Source: a bacterium (GTDB taxonomy: Bacteria > Armatimonadota > JACIXR01). From it: a DNA stretch of 64,000 bases. The notes below the pieces were generated by a model. It saw only the letters and a program-made list of their open reading frames with translations, did not search any database and had not been told where the DNA came from. The first letter of the stretch is position 1. Every line of letters starts with the position of its first letter. Below are positions 10,327-19,400 of this stretch, in pieces. The stretch lies in contig JACIXR010000005.1 in NCBI GenBank assembly GCA_014360495.1, positions 24,516 through 88,515 on the forward strand. Direction: 5' to 3'. The position numbers and the translations under genes are program-made.

Positions 10327-11612
10327 TAGGTGGGAGGGTAAAGGTATCGCTTTTGTATGGCGAGAAGGTGCTATTTTTGGAGCTTCCAGCGGAGAGGGTC
10401 AAAGCTGTTTTGCACAGCAAAGATGCTCCTGCTTTGGAGGATGTAGAGGGGAGAATTATGGAACTACTTGATAATCCCATCGCTTCTCCACCGTTAAGGG
10501 AGATAGCGAGAGGAAAGAAGACTGCTTGCGTTGTCATATCAGATATAACCCGCCCCGTTCCGAATCGTATTATCCTTCCACCTCTCCTTAGGTATTTGGA
10601 GGAAGCGGGGATAAGAAGGGAAGACATTTTGATATTGATAGCCACGGGTCTTCACCGTCCCAATTTGGGAGACGAATTGGAGAGAATGGTGGGGAGGGAG
10701 ATAATGAGGAATTATCGCATTGAAAATCACATAGCAAGGGATAAATCGCAACAGAAATTCTTGGGAAAGACAAAGAGGGGAACGGAGGTGTGGGTCAATA
10801 GATTGTATTTGGAAGCGGATTTGAAGATATTGACCGGGCTCATTGAGCCCCATTTTATGGCTGGTTATTCGGGAGGACGCAAGAGCATATGCCCCGGCAT
10901 TTCAGGGGTTGATACCGTGAAAATCCAGCACGGTCCCCATTTCCTTGAACATCCAAACGCCGATAATGGCATAATTGAGGGGAATCCCTTCCATGAGGAA
11001 GCTTTGGAGATAGCGAAAATAGCTGGCGCCGACTTCATTTTGAATATCACGATCAATAGGGAGAGGAAGGTAACAGGTGTTTTCGCTGGAGACATGGAGA
11101 AGGCTTGGGAGGAGGGGGTTAAGTTCGTGGATAAATTCGTAAAGGTGGGGATAGATGAACCTGTTGAGGTCGTCCTCACACATGGAGGAGGTGCTCCCCT
11201 TGATGCGACCTTCTATCAAACAGTTAAAGGTATGGTGGGCGCCCTCCCAATATTGAAGCCGGGTGGGACAATCATCATAGCCTCCTCCTGTTCAGAGGGA
11301 GTGGGTAGTGAGGAGTTCAGGACCCTCCTTTGGAATTCGGAATCTTTGGAGAAGACCGTGGAGAGGATGTATGACCCCGCCAATTTCATAATTGACCAGT
11401 GGGAGGTTGAGGAGCTCGCCAAGGTTTACAAGAAAGCGAAGGATGTCTATCTTTACACAGATGGATTGAGCGATGAAGAGATAAGGCACTGCTTTGTCAA
11501 GCGAGCGGAGGATTTGGAGAGGACGATTATGGATGTGCTTGAAAGCTATGGGAAGGATGCGAAGTTGGCGGTAATTTCGGAAGGACCGTATATAATTCCC
11601 TATGTGAAATGA
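10323..11612 (+). CDS. LarA-like (DUF2088) nickel-pincer-dependent racemase/epimerase family protein
   Basis: 429 aa with ...HFMAGYSGGRKSICPG... and overall LarA/DUF2088 architecture. No larB/larC/larE in the window. Confidence 0.65.
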   Translation: MIGGRVKVSLLYGEKVLFLELPAERVKAVLHSKDAPALEDVEGRIMELLDNPIASPPLREIARGKKTACVVISDITRPVPNRIILPPLLRYLEEAGIRREDILILIATGLHRPNLGDELERMVGREIMRNYRIENHIARDKSQQKFLGKTKRGTEVWVNRLYLEADLKILTGLIEPHFMAGYSGGRKSICPGISGVDTVKIQHGPHFLEHPNADNGIIEGNPFHEEALEIAKIAGADFILNITINRERKVTGVFAGDMEKAWEEGVKFVDKFVKVGIDEPVEVVLTHGGGAPLDATFYQTVKGMVGALPILKPGGTIIIASSCSEGVGSEEFRTLLWNSESLEKTVERMYDPANFIIDQWEVEELAKVYKKAKDVYLYTDGLSDEEIRHCFVKRAEDLERTIMDVLESYGKDAKLAVISEGPYIIPYVK

Positions 11613-12073
11613 AAGACACGATAATCTGCCCATATTGTGAAGCGGTTAATAGCAAGGATAGCAAGTTTTGCAGGGTATGTGGCTCAAGGCTGCCCACAGC
11701 CTCACAGAAGGAGATAGCTCAGCTGCTCCTTTCCGCAAGCCTCCATTTGGCGAATAAGAGATATGATGATGCGGAGAGGGAATGCAGATTGGCTATTGAG
11801 AACGACCCCTTCAACGCGGATGCACATTCCCTTTTGGGGGATATAATGGAGAGGAGGGGAGATTTCCAATCTGCTATAGAGGAATATAGGGAAGCGATTA
11901 GGTTGGCGCCGCAGGAGAGATTCTATCGCACGAGATTAGATGAGATAGGAAAAAAGAAGTCCAGGAGAGTTCCTTTAACAAGAAGATATATTCTCTGGCT
12001 ACTTTCCCTTTCCTTTTTGATATTCTTAGCCTATCGTCTTTTCACCCTTTTAATAAGCCAAGGAAAGCCATAG
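11609..12073 (+). CDS. Zinc-ribbon plus TPR-repeat protein with a C-terminal TM anchor
   Basis: CPYCEAVNSKDSKFCRVCG zinc ribbon, TPR-like ANKRYDDAERECRLAIENDPFNADAHSLLGD, hydrophobic C-terminus. Confidence 0.5.
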   Translation: MKDTIICPYCEAVNSKDSKFCRVCGSRLPTASQKEIAQLLLSASLHLANKRYDDAERECRLAIENDPFNADAHSLLGDIMERRGDFQSAIEEYREAIRLAPQERFYRTRLDEIGKKKSRRVPLTRRYILWLLSLSFLIFLAYRLFTLLISQGKP

Positions 12074-12099
12074 TTTTCAAGTCTCAATTTCTCAATTGA

Positions 12100-12145
12100 G
12101 GCTTTCCGAAGGAAAGGCCCTGGGGACATCCTGCTTTCCTTTTTG
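12100..12145 (+). terminator. Candidate intrinsic terminator (GGAAAG-17-CTTTCC plus TTTTT) overlapped by an alternative hairpin (GGCTTTCC-gaa-GGAAAGGCC)
   Basis: Seen directly at 12100-12119 and 12111-12145. The two hairpins are mutually exclusive. Confidence 0.35.
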
Positions 12146-12420
12146 AATACAAGATTGCCACGGCTTCTGAAAAACAGAAGGCGTGCAATGACAAAGGGTG
12201 GAGACGCTTTTGCCTCCACTTGCGATGACGGAACATGTAAATTGTCATTGAGGAGGTTTGCATCTTCTTGCTTCCTTTAAAGACAAAGGAGCAATCATTC
12301 ACATTAAATTCTTTCAAAAATACTTTTTGAAAACGATTTGCAGTATAGCAGTTCCGCCATACATTTGACACAAAAATGACATTTTCACTGGTTAAAATTT
12401 CAGTAGGAGGTGAATATTCT

Positions 12421-13698
12421 ATGTTTGGTTTTGCTTGGAAGGAGATAACGAGAAGGAAGGCTCGCTCTACTTTAACCATTGCTGGGATATTCCTCAGCAT
12501 TCTCCTTCTTGTTGCCGCGCTTGCGATTATGCAGTTTTTTAGAGACGCTATGATGGTCCCCTTCAAGACAGCGGGTTCAGATTTAGCAATTACTGCGTTT
12601 GTTGAGCCCGGACCCTTCAAAAAAATACGCCAAGCGAGACATTTAGGCGCCTTACCCGATAGTTTGCTGCAACAAATAAGCCAGGTTCAAGGGGTAAAGG
12701 GGGTAAGTGGGGTTCTTCTCTTTTGGGATTATCATCCAGAGGAAAAAAATCCTATGTATAACTGCTGTGGAGTTGATGTTAGCAATCCCTCCATCGGACC
12801 TCTTTCCCTTGCTCCCGCTGCAGGTCAGGTATACGCGGTTATAAGTGGACGGTCGTTTAGCTTGGATGACAAGTATGTAGCTATTGTGGATAAGAAATTC
12901 GCGCAAGCGAAAAACTTGAATATAGGCGACCATATAGAGATAGGTTATAAAGACTTTGAGATTATTGGGATAGCCGATATGCAGGGTGTGCCCCGTGTGG
13001 CTGAAGCGGAGGTATTTATCCCCCTCGCGACAGCCAAGGAGCTCGTTCACGAAAACCAGCCCAATTTCCCGAAGGATGCGGTAAATATGATACTCGTCAA
13101 GCTGGAAAATCCCAAGGAGGCTGAAGCAATAAAGCCGAAGATAATGAAGTTGGTAGCGCAAGCGACCGGTCTGAAGCCGAAGGAGCAGATAAAAATCATA
13201 ACCGCTGAGGCGATACTGCCTGACACAACGGGAGTTTCCACAGTTGCCCAAAGAATGATTAAAGTTCTCAGCATCTTAGTTGTTATAGGGGTGGCGATAT
13301 TGGTGATGAGGACAGCTGTTGCGTCCATAGGGGAGCGCACGAGGGAGATAGGGATTATGAAAGCCTTGGGTTGGAGAAATGGGGATATCTCAAAGCTAAT
13401 GATGATGGAGATGGCTGTTCAAACAACTATTGGTGGAGTTCTGGGAATAATAGTAGGCTATATCCTTGCCTATATTTACGCCTCTTCCGCTGTATTCAAG
13501 TTGCCTCATATGCTCCTTCCTTATTCCTGCGCCCCCGCTGCCGCTCCACCTGAAAACTTGAAAGTGGCTATGCATGTATATCCTTGGATTATCATAACAG
13601 CCCTTCTCATCTCCATAGTCGTGGGCGTGCTTTCTGGATATCTCGCCTCTCGGAAGGCTGCTGCCCTTGAGCCCGCGCAGGCGATTAGGGCTATTTAA
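12421..13698 (+). CDS. ABC transporter permease, FtsX/MacB-like
   Basis: N-terminal TM, large periplasmic domain, C-terminal FtsX 3-TM bundle. GGAGGTG RBS before the ATG at 12421 (the track's 12376 start is less likely). Confidence 0.8.
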   Translation: MFGFAWKEITRRKARSTLTIAGIFLSILLLVAALAIMQFFRDAMMVPFKTAGSDLAITAFVEPGPFKKIRQARHLGALPDSLLQQISQVQGVKGVSGVLLFWDYHPEEKNPMYNCCGVDVSNPSIGPLSLAPAAGQVYAVISGRSFSLDDKYVAIVDKKFAQAKNLNIGDHIEIGYKDFEIIGIADMQGVPRVAEAEVFIPLATAKELVHENQPNFPKDAVNMILVKLENPKEAEAIKPKIMKLVAQATGLKPKEQIKIITAEAILPDTTGVSTVAQRMIKVLSILVVIGVAILVMRTAVASIGERTREIGIMKALGWRNGDISKLMMMEMAVQTTIGGVLGIIVGYILAYIYASSAVFKLPHMLLPYSCAPAAAPPENLKVAMHVYPWIIITALLISIVVGVLSGYLASRKAAALEPAQAIRAI

Positions 13699-13711
13699 GG
13701 AGGTGAAAGAA

Positions 13712-14404
13712 ATGCCCTTAATAAAAGTTGATAATGTAACGAAGGTTTATAGAAAAAGGGATTTGGAGATCCGCTCTTTAGATGGAGTGAGTCTGGATAT
13801 AGAGAAAGGGGAATTTGTGGTGATTTATGGAGTCTCCGGTTCGGGGAAGACGACCCTTTTAAACCTCATAGGAGGATTGGATAAACCTACCTCCGGTAAG
13901 GTTATTGTGGATTCAATTGACCTTACTGTTCAGGATGAGGAAAAGCTCTCTTTTTATAGGCGAGAAAAGGTCGGATTTATTTTCCAGGGCTTCAACCTCA
14001 TCCCAACCCTTACCTCCTTTGAGAATGTCCTTTTCCCGCTCGTCCCCATCCCTATGCCAGAGAGCGAGAAGAGGAAAAGGGCAATGGAAATATTGAGCCA
14101 GATATTGCCGAATAAAAGACTTTGGAATCAGCTTCCCGTTGAACTGAGCGGAGGGGAGCAGCAGAGGGTAGCAATTGCGAGAGCGCTCGTCAACAATCCA
14201 GAGATTTTGATAGCGGATGAGCCGACGAGCGACCTTGATAGAAAGACAAGCGAGCAGATAATAGACCTCTTATTGGATGCAAATAAGAAGGGATGCACGG
14301 TTATAATCGCCACCCATGACCCTCGTATCATGGAGAGGGCAAGCATGGGCGTTGAAATGGAAGATGGAAAGATAATTGATATAAAGAAAGGAGCGAGTGC
14401 TTGA
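13712..14404 (+). CDS. ABC transporter ATP-binding protein (MacB/LolD-like)
   Basis: GVSGSGKTTLLN Walker A, LSGGEQQRVAIARAL signature, ILIADEPTSDLD Walker B. AGGAGGTG RBS 8 nt upstream of the ATG at 13712. Confidence 0.9.
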   Translation: MPLIKVDNVTKVYRKRDLEIRSLDGVSLDIEKGEFVVIYGVSGSGKTTLLNLIGGLDKPTSGKVIVDSIDLTVQDEEKLSFYRREKVGFIFQGFNLIPTLTSFENVLFPLVPIPMPESEKRKRAMEILSQILPNKRLWNQLPVELSGGEQQRVAIARALVNNPEILIADEPTSDLDRKTSEQIIDLLLDANKKGCTVIIATHDPRIMERASMGVEMEDGKIIDIKKGASA

Positions 14405-14999
14405 AATGAATGTGATGACTTTCCTTTTTCAGCACGGCGGCTTCACTATGTATATCCTCTTCGCCCTTTCGCTTATCCTTATAGCTGTGGCAGTGGAGAG
14501 GTCGCTACTCTATCGCAGGTTCAGAAAAGAGCTGGAGAAGTTCCTTTCCGATTTTGAGGCTAAATTCAAAAGCAATAAATCGGCGAAGGCTTTCTTCCCC
14601 TCACCGTCAAATCCATTGGTTGAGCTTCATTTCTCAAATCCCGGCGAAAAGGAACACGAGAAGCTGATGGAACTTAACCTGGCAAGGGTTTCCTTTTTCC
14701 TTGAGAGAAACCTTCCCTTCTTCGCAACGGTTGGAGCGGTTGCTCCCTTCATAGGTCTTTTTGGAACAGTTTTGGGGATAATGAATGCCTTCCACTCCAT
14801 ATCGGTTTATCGCTCGGCGGGAATAGCGGTAGTTGGGGCTGGAATCGCAGAGGCTCTTGTCTGCACAGCTGCGGGATTGGCGGTCGCTATAGCCGCTGTG
14901 ACGCTTTACAATGCTTATCGCTCCCTCACGGGAAGGATAGTGGAAGCTTTGGAGATTAGGCAAAACGAGTTTCTTCTCAAAATGAAGGAGGAAGGATGA
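14397..14999 (+). CDS. exbB: MotA/TolQ/ExbB proton-channel family protein
   Basis: 3 TM helices; ...GLFGTVLGIMNAF...AGIAEALVCTAAGL... Confidence 0.8.
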   Translation: MLEMNVMTFLFQHGGFTMYILFALSLILIAVAVERSLLYRRFRKELEKFLSDFEAKFKSNKSAKAFFPSPSNPLVELHFSNPGEKEHEKLMELNLARVSFFLERNLPFFATVGAVAPFIGLFGTVLGIMNAFHSISVYRSAGIAVVGAGIAEALVCTAAGLAVAIAAVTLYNAYRSLTGRIVEALEIRQNEFLLKMKEEG

Positions 15000-15421
15000 G
15001 AAAGAAAAGGGAGATTTTCTGGGAAATAAATATGGTTCCCTTCAATGACATACTGCTTGTTCTCCTCATCATCTTTATGATGACCGCTTCCTTCATCGTC
15101 ACGGGAACGGGAATAGACATATCGTTGCCCCAAGCAGCAACCGCTGCCCCCCAGGAGCAGACCCAAGTCGCTATATTCATAACCAAGGATGGCAAGGTTT
15201 ATCTCGGTGGGGAGGAGGTAACGGTTGAGCGTTTGCTTGATAGGTTGACTGAGGAAGCCCAGAGAAATCAAAAGATAGTCGTGATAGTCAGCGGTGATAG
15301 GAATGTTCCCTATGGGAAGGTCATAGATGTTTTGGATGCTGTTCGCCTTTCCGGTTTGGATTATATAGCTTTGGCTGCAGAGCTCAAATCACCGCCCTCT
15401 AATGGGAGGGTTAAAAGATGA
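14996..15421 (+). CDS. exbD: ExbD/TolR biopolymer transport protein
   Basis: N-terminal TM (LLVLLIIFMMTASF), periplasmic domain, 141 aa. Confidence 0.8.
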   Translation: MRKKREIFWEINMVPFNDILLVLLIIFMMTASFIVTGTGIDISLPQAATAAPQEQTQVAIFITKDGKVYLGGEEVTVERLLDRLTEEAQRNQKIVVIVSGDRNVPYGKVIDVLDAVRLSGLDYIALAAELKSPPSNGRVKR

Positions 15422-16395
15422 AGAGAATGGATTTCAACTTCGTTAATAAAAAGAGGGTATGGGCAACGGCATTCGCTGTTTCCTTCTCACTTCATATCGT
15501 GGCTCTGCCGATGGCGGGAAGATTCCTTGAGGCTTGTCCAACCTGTCCACCTCCTACTCTTCAGCTTCCACCCATCTACGCAAGGATTCGCAATCCCTCT
15601 CAGAAGAGCGAGGAGCTTGAGAAAAGGGCACAAATTGTGAAGCAAAAGATACAAACCATTAAAAAAGAGGCAACTAAGAAAGAGGTAACGAAAGAGCTGC
15701 CCAGAAAACCGTTCTTGGCGAAAAATGTTGAGAGGTCTCCTTGGCTTCCCGATGAGAAGCCAGCGTCCCAGACGCCGGGAGGTGGGGCAGCTCAGGTTCT
15801 TGCGAAGACGACGCCTGGTGAGGGAGAATTCGTTGTGGGTGGAATCCCGAAGCCGGAGCCAGGCGCCACTGGACCGGGGTTAGGAGGGAGCGGTAGCGCT
15901 CCCGGGGTAGGTGGTTCGGGCGATAAGCCAGCGATGCCCTCTTCTCCACCTCCGCCTCCACCACCACCTCCTCAAGAAAAGAAGGAACCGCCTCCACCTC
16001 CTCCGCCTCCACCCGTGGAGAAACCAAAGGAGGAAGTGAAGCCACCACCCCCTCCTCCCCCTCCGCCACCCCCTCCACCACCTCCTAAGAAGAAGATAGA
16101 CCCAAAGGAGATAGCGGCGTTCCAAAAGATGATATACAAGAAGATAAATTCAGCGAAGGAATATCCCTATCAGGCGAAACTGAGTGGGATGGAGGGAACG
16201 GTAAAGGTTTCCTTCGTTGTGAAAAGGGATGGCACGGTATCGGATGTAAAAGTCGTCAATTCATCAGGCTATAAGCTCCTTGACGATTCTGCTGTTGATA
16301 CGGTGAAAAAAGCAGAGCCTTATCTTCCCTTCCCCAAGAGCGTTGAAGCCAACTCCCTGCGAGTGAGCGTAGAAATAGTGTATAAGCTGAGATAA
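15418..16395 (+). CDS. tonB: TonB family energy transducer with a Pro-rich spacer
   Basis: N-terminal TM, long PPPPPPPP spacer, C-terminal TonB domain (KVSFVVKRDGTVSDVKVVNSSGYKLLDDSAV). Confidence 0.75.
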   Translation: MKRMDFNFVNKKRVWATAFAVSFSLHIVALPMAGRFLEACPTCPPPTLQLPPIYARIRNPSQKSEELEKRAQIVKQKIQTIKKEATKKEVTKELPRKPFLAKNVERSPWLPDEKPASQTPGGGAAQVLAKTTPGEGEFVVGGIPKPEPGATGPGLGGSGSAPGVGGSGDKPAMPSSPPPPPPPPPQEKKEPPPPPPPPPVEKPKEEVKPPPPPPPPPPPPPPPKKKIDPKEIAAFQKMIYKKINSAKEYPYQAKLSGMEGTVKVSFVVKRDGTVSDVKVVNSSGYKLLDDSAVDTVKKAEPYLPFPKSVEANSLRVSVEIVYKLR

Positions 16396-16406
16396 AAACT
16401 TTCCGC

Positions 16407-19400
16407 TCAATAAAGATAAATCTCGTGGATTGACCAGAAGAGGAAGGGATTGGAGCCAAGCTGGGTCAGCTTTATGTATCTTGCCTTGACTTTAGGGAAA
16501 TCAATTCCTAAAATCCCGTTCCATTGCCTCTTCTCAACCTCCTCGGCGTCTATCTCTGCAATCTTCTGCCAAATCTTCTTATCGAGAGAGACCTCAACTC
16601 TCAATCCTCTTGGGTAATCCCCTGGCGAAAGGGAGGAATCCAAAACCATCATGCTTATCTCTTCCTCCCTCCCCAAATCCAAAATGTAAAACATGCCGGG
16701 TTCCATCGCTTTATTTGATGACCAACGAGTTCGCACATCCCTATCAAAGGCGAATTCCTCACTGCCCTTCGGCTCTGCCTCGCCCACCCAACCGAAAGGT
16801 TTGATTTCCCTCAAGCCTCCCTCGGGAAGAATAAGGGAATAGCGAATGTCTTCAAGGGGATTTCCATCTCCATCAACTATCCTCGCCGATAAGCCCCATT
16901 CTCCGCTCAGCTGAGTCACCTTGAATAAGAGGCGATGCCAGCCCTTGCTCAATTTAATCGCTATTTTATCGGAATCCAAAGTCAGGGGACGAACGGCGGG
17001 ATTCCTCCATATGAGCTTCCCATCAAGCCAAATCATAACGGAATCGTCGCTTCCCACATGAAGATATGCTTCCCTCTCTTTTGGAGAGTATAGGTAAATT
17101 CCCGCATAGCCAATTGCATAATTTTTATTCCACAAAGATTTGAAATTGAGAGGGGAATCTATCACTTTCCTCCATACTCTCCCACTTGCCACCGTCATCT
17201 CCTGAGGATATATCCCTTCCTCATCAATGTATCTCTCAATAAGCATTTCAAGATTATCCTTCCCCTCAAATGGTCCGAGAACAAGCCAGCTCATTATGTA
17301 GCCGTTCTCGTCAACATATATATCGGGCAAACCGCTGGGACGCATCTCCAAACCCAAATTTGAGAGAAGGAGGGAAAAAGCGGTGAGGAATTTGGGATAT
17401 ATCGGGCTTATATTCATTCCACATAGTATCAGCTTTCCCTTCCCTATCTCAATTTCCCCTACAACACACTTGGGCGGAAGAGCGCTTCTCTCCAGCTCCG
17501 CTTTGAGGATAGCGGCGGTCTTAATGTTCTCGCCCTGCCAATTCCATTTTCGCCAATCAGTATAGGAGGTTATAAGTATCGGTTTTATATTATCTCCCTC
17601 AAAATAATAGTTCGCTATCTCCCTTGCGCTGTTTCTCTCCAACCAATACAGCCAATCCAAATGGAGACCATCGGAAAGAGGATTCTTCCCCGCCCTTATG
17701 AGCTGAACTTCTCCTCTCAACGGAAAGATTTTTAATGATGGAACGATCTCGTTTAGGATTTTCTCGTTTTGAATAATCGGGTTAAGGAGGAGTAGTCTCC
17801 CACCTTTATCAAGGAAATCTCGCAAGGCGGAGGAAGAGGGGAGTCTTCGCCCATCGCATATAACCACATCATAACTTATTAAGTCTGCTTCCTTTATGTA
17901 TGTGGCTTGCAGACCCAAAGACGAGATGAGGCTGGAGAGGGGAGTGCCGGCTTGCAAGAGGAGACCGACCTGAGGATAGCTGTTTTGGTCAAGAGAACGG
18001 AGATACTCAAGGGAATTTATCAGGAAGGCGAGGGCTGTTGGTTCCTCCTTTACTTGATTCAAGATATCCATCTCACTCAGAAGAATCGTTCCCTTACCTC
18101 TTTTTATCTCCAAAAAGCAGACCTCACCTGCACCGCAGAAAATTATAGGCTTAATCGTTCCCGAAATGGGAAGGGAATAACCACCGTTCGCAACCTTTCC
18201 GTGTCGCCAAAAGAGAAGTTCCTCTTTCTCTATTCCCTTTAGAATTGGATGCTCAAAGGGAGCGAAGGCTCTTTTGACCGAATAGTTTTGGCGGGAGAGC
18301 TTGAGTAGAGTGAGAAGGGAAGGGGAGGGCTCTAAAACCAAGACCTTTCCTCCCTCCTCAACCTTCTCCAACAAATCTTGGGCGCTTGAATCGTCCAATG
18401 CCTTAGCAATTATCAAAATATTCTGGGGAGTCAAGGATTTTATATCTGCCAGGGGAACAGCTTGAAAGGGCAGACGATTGGGGTCTCCGTGTATGAGGGG
18501 AGGGAAGGTGGGTTGGATGGGTGGATAGACATAGAACTTATAGTGTTCCTCTTTGACCTTAACCCATCCTTTATTCTCCTTCCATAATGCGACATTCATC
18601 TGGATGGCTTCCTTTTTGGGAACCTGAGGAAGAGCAAAGGAAATCTTTATTTCTTTGAACTCGCAGGGGGCGAGGGAAAGGGGAATGGCTTGGCTGAAAA
18701 TCTTCTCCTCACCGCGCAGAACCTCAATGCGAAGCTCCAGATTTGAGCTCTCCGAGATATCATTGAAGATGGTGAATGTGCGGGATATTTTCTCTCCGCT
18801 GAAGAAAGAGCAGTTTCTTTCGCTTATAAAGAAGGTAATTGGTTGAAGGAGCTCTTTTATATAGGGATAGAGGGAATTAGGCTTGTAGGGTGGAAGGGAG
18901 GGGTCATAACCGGGATTAAGAGTTGAGCAGAAGGGACCCCATCGCTCTGGTTTAACGCCTGGGGTCTGCAAATCTTCATACGAGAGAACTCTTGTTATCG
19001 GCAGGGGCTCAAGGGAATACCAAACTACATTGAAGGGGGTGATCTGTTGAGCCCATCTGCGATACTGGGGAATCAAATCCCTAAGCTCTTCGCCGACCCC
19101 CTTTAGGCGATTGCTGAAGCTGAGATAAACATCCTCACCAGCTGTGGGGGCGACCTCGGGAGGAGTAGAGTAGAACATAGAGCCGGACTCTCCTATGGTT
19201 ATTGGTTTCTGAGTTTTAGGGGGATTTGGTCCGGGGTAGTGGAGACTGAAAATCTCGCCTCTTCCACCAATATCTTCATCTCCGTCGGAGGAAACTGGGC
19301 GGGTCCCGTCCAATTCCTTTATCTCCCTTACCAATCCATAAATTCTCTCCAATACCCAATCCAAGGAAGGAGCGATATTATGGGGGATTGCTCCAAAGGA

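Noticed and set aside
12084-12620. Minus-strand 178-aa ORF spanning the leader and the start of the FtsX gene
   Set aside because: It overlaps a well-supported permease gene and the intergenic leader, and it has no RBS or homology.
15674-16125. Minus-strand ORFs (135 aa and an R/W-rich 81 aa) inside tonB
   Set aside because: They are artefacts of the GC-rich Pro-codon spacer of tonB read in other frames.
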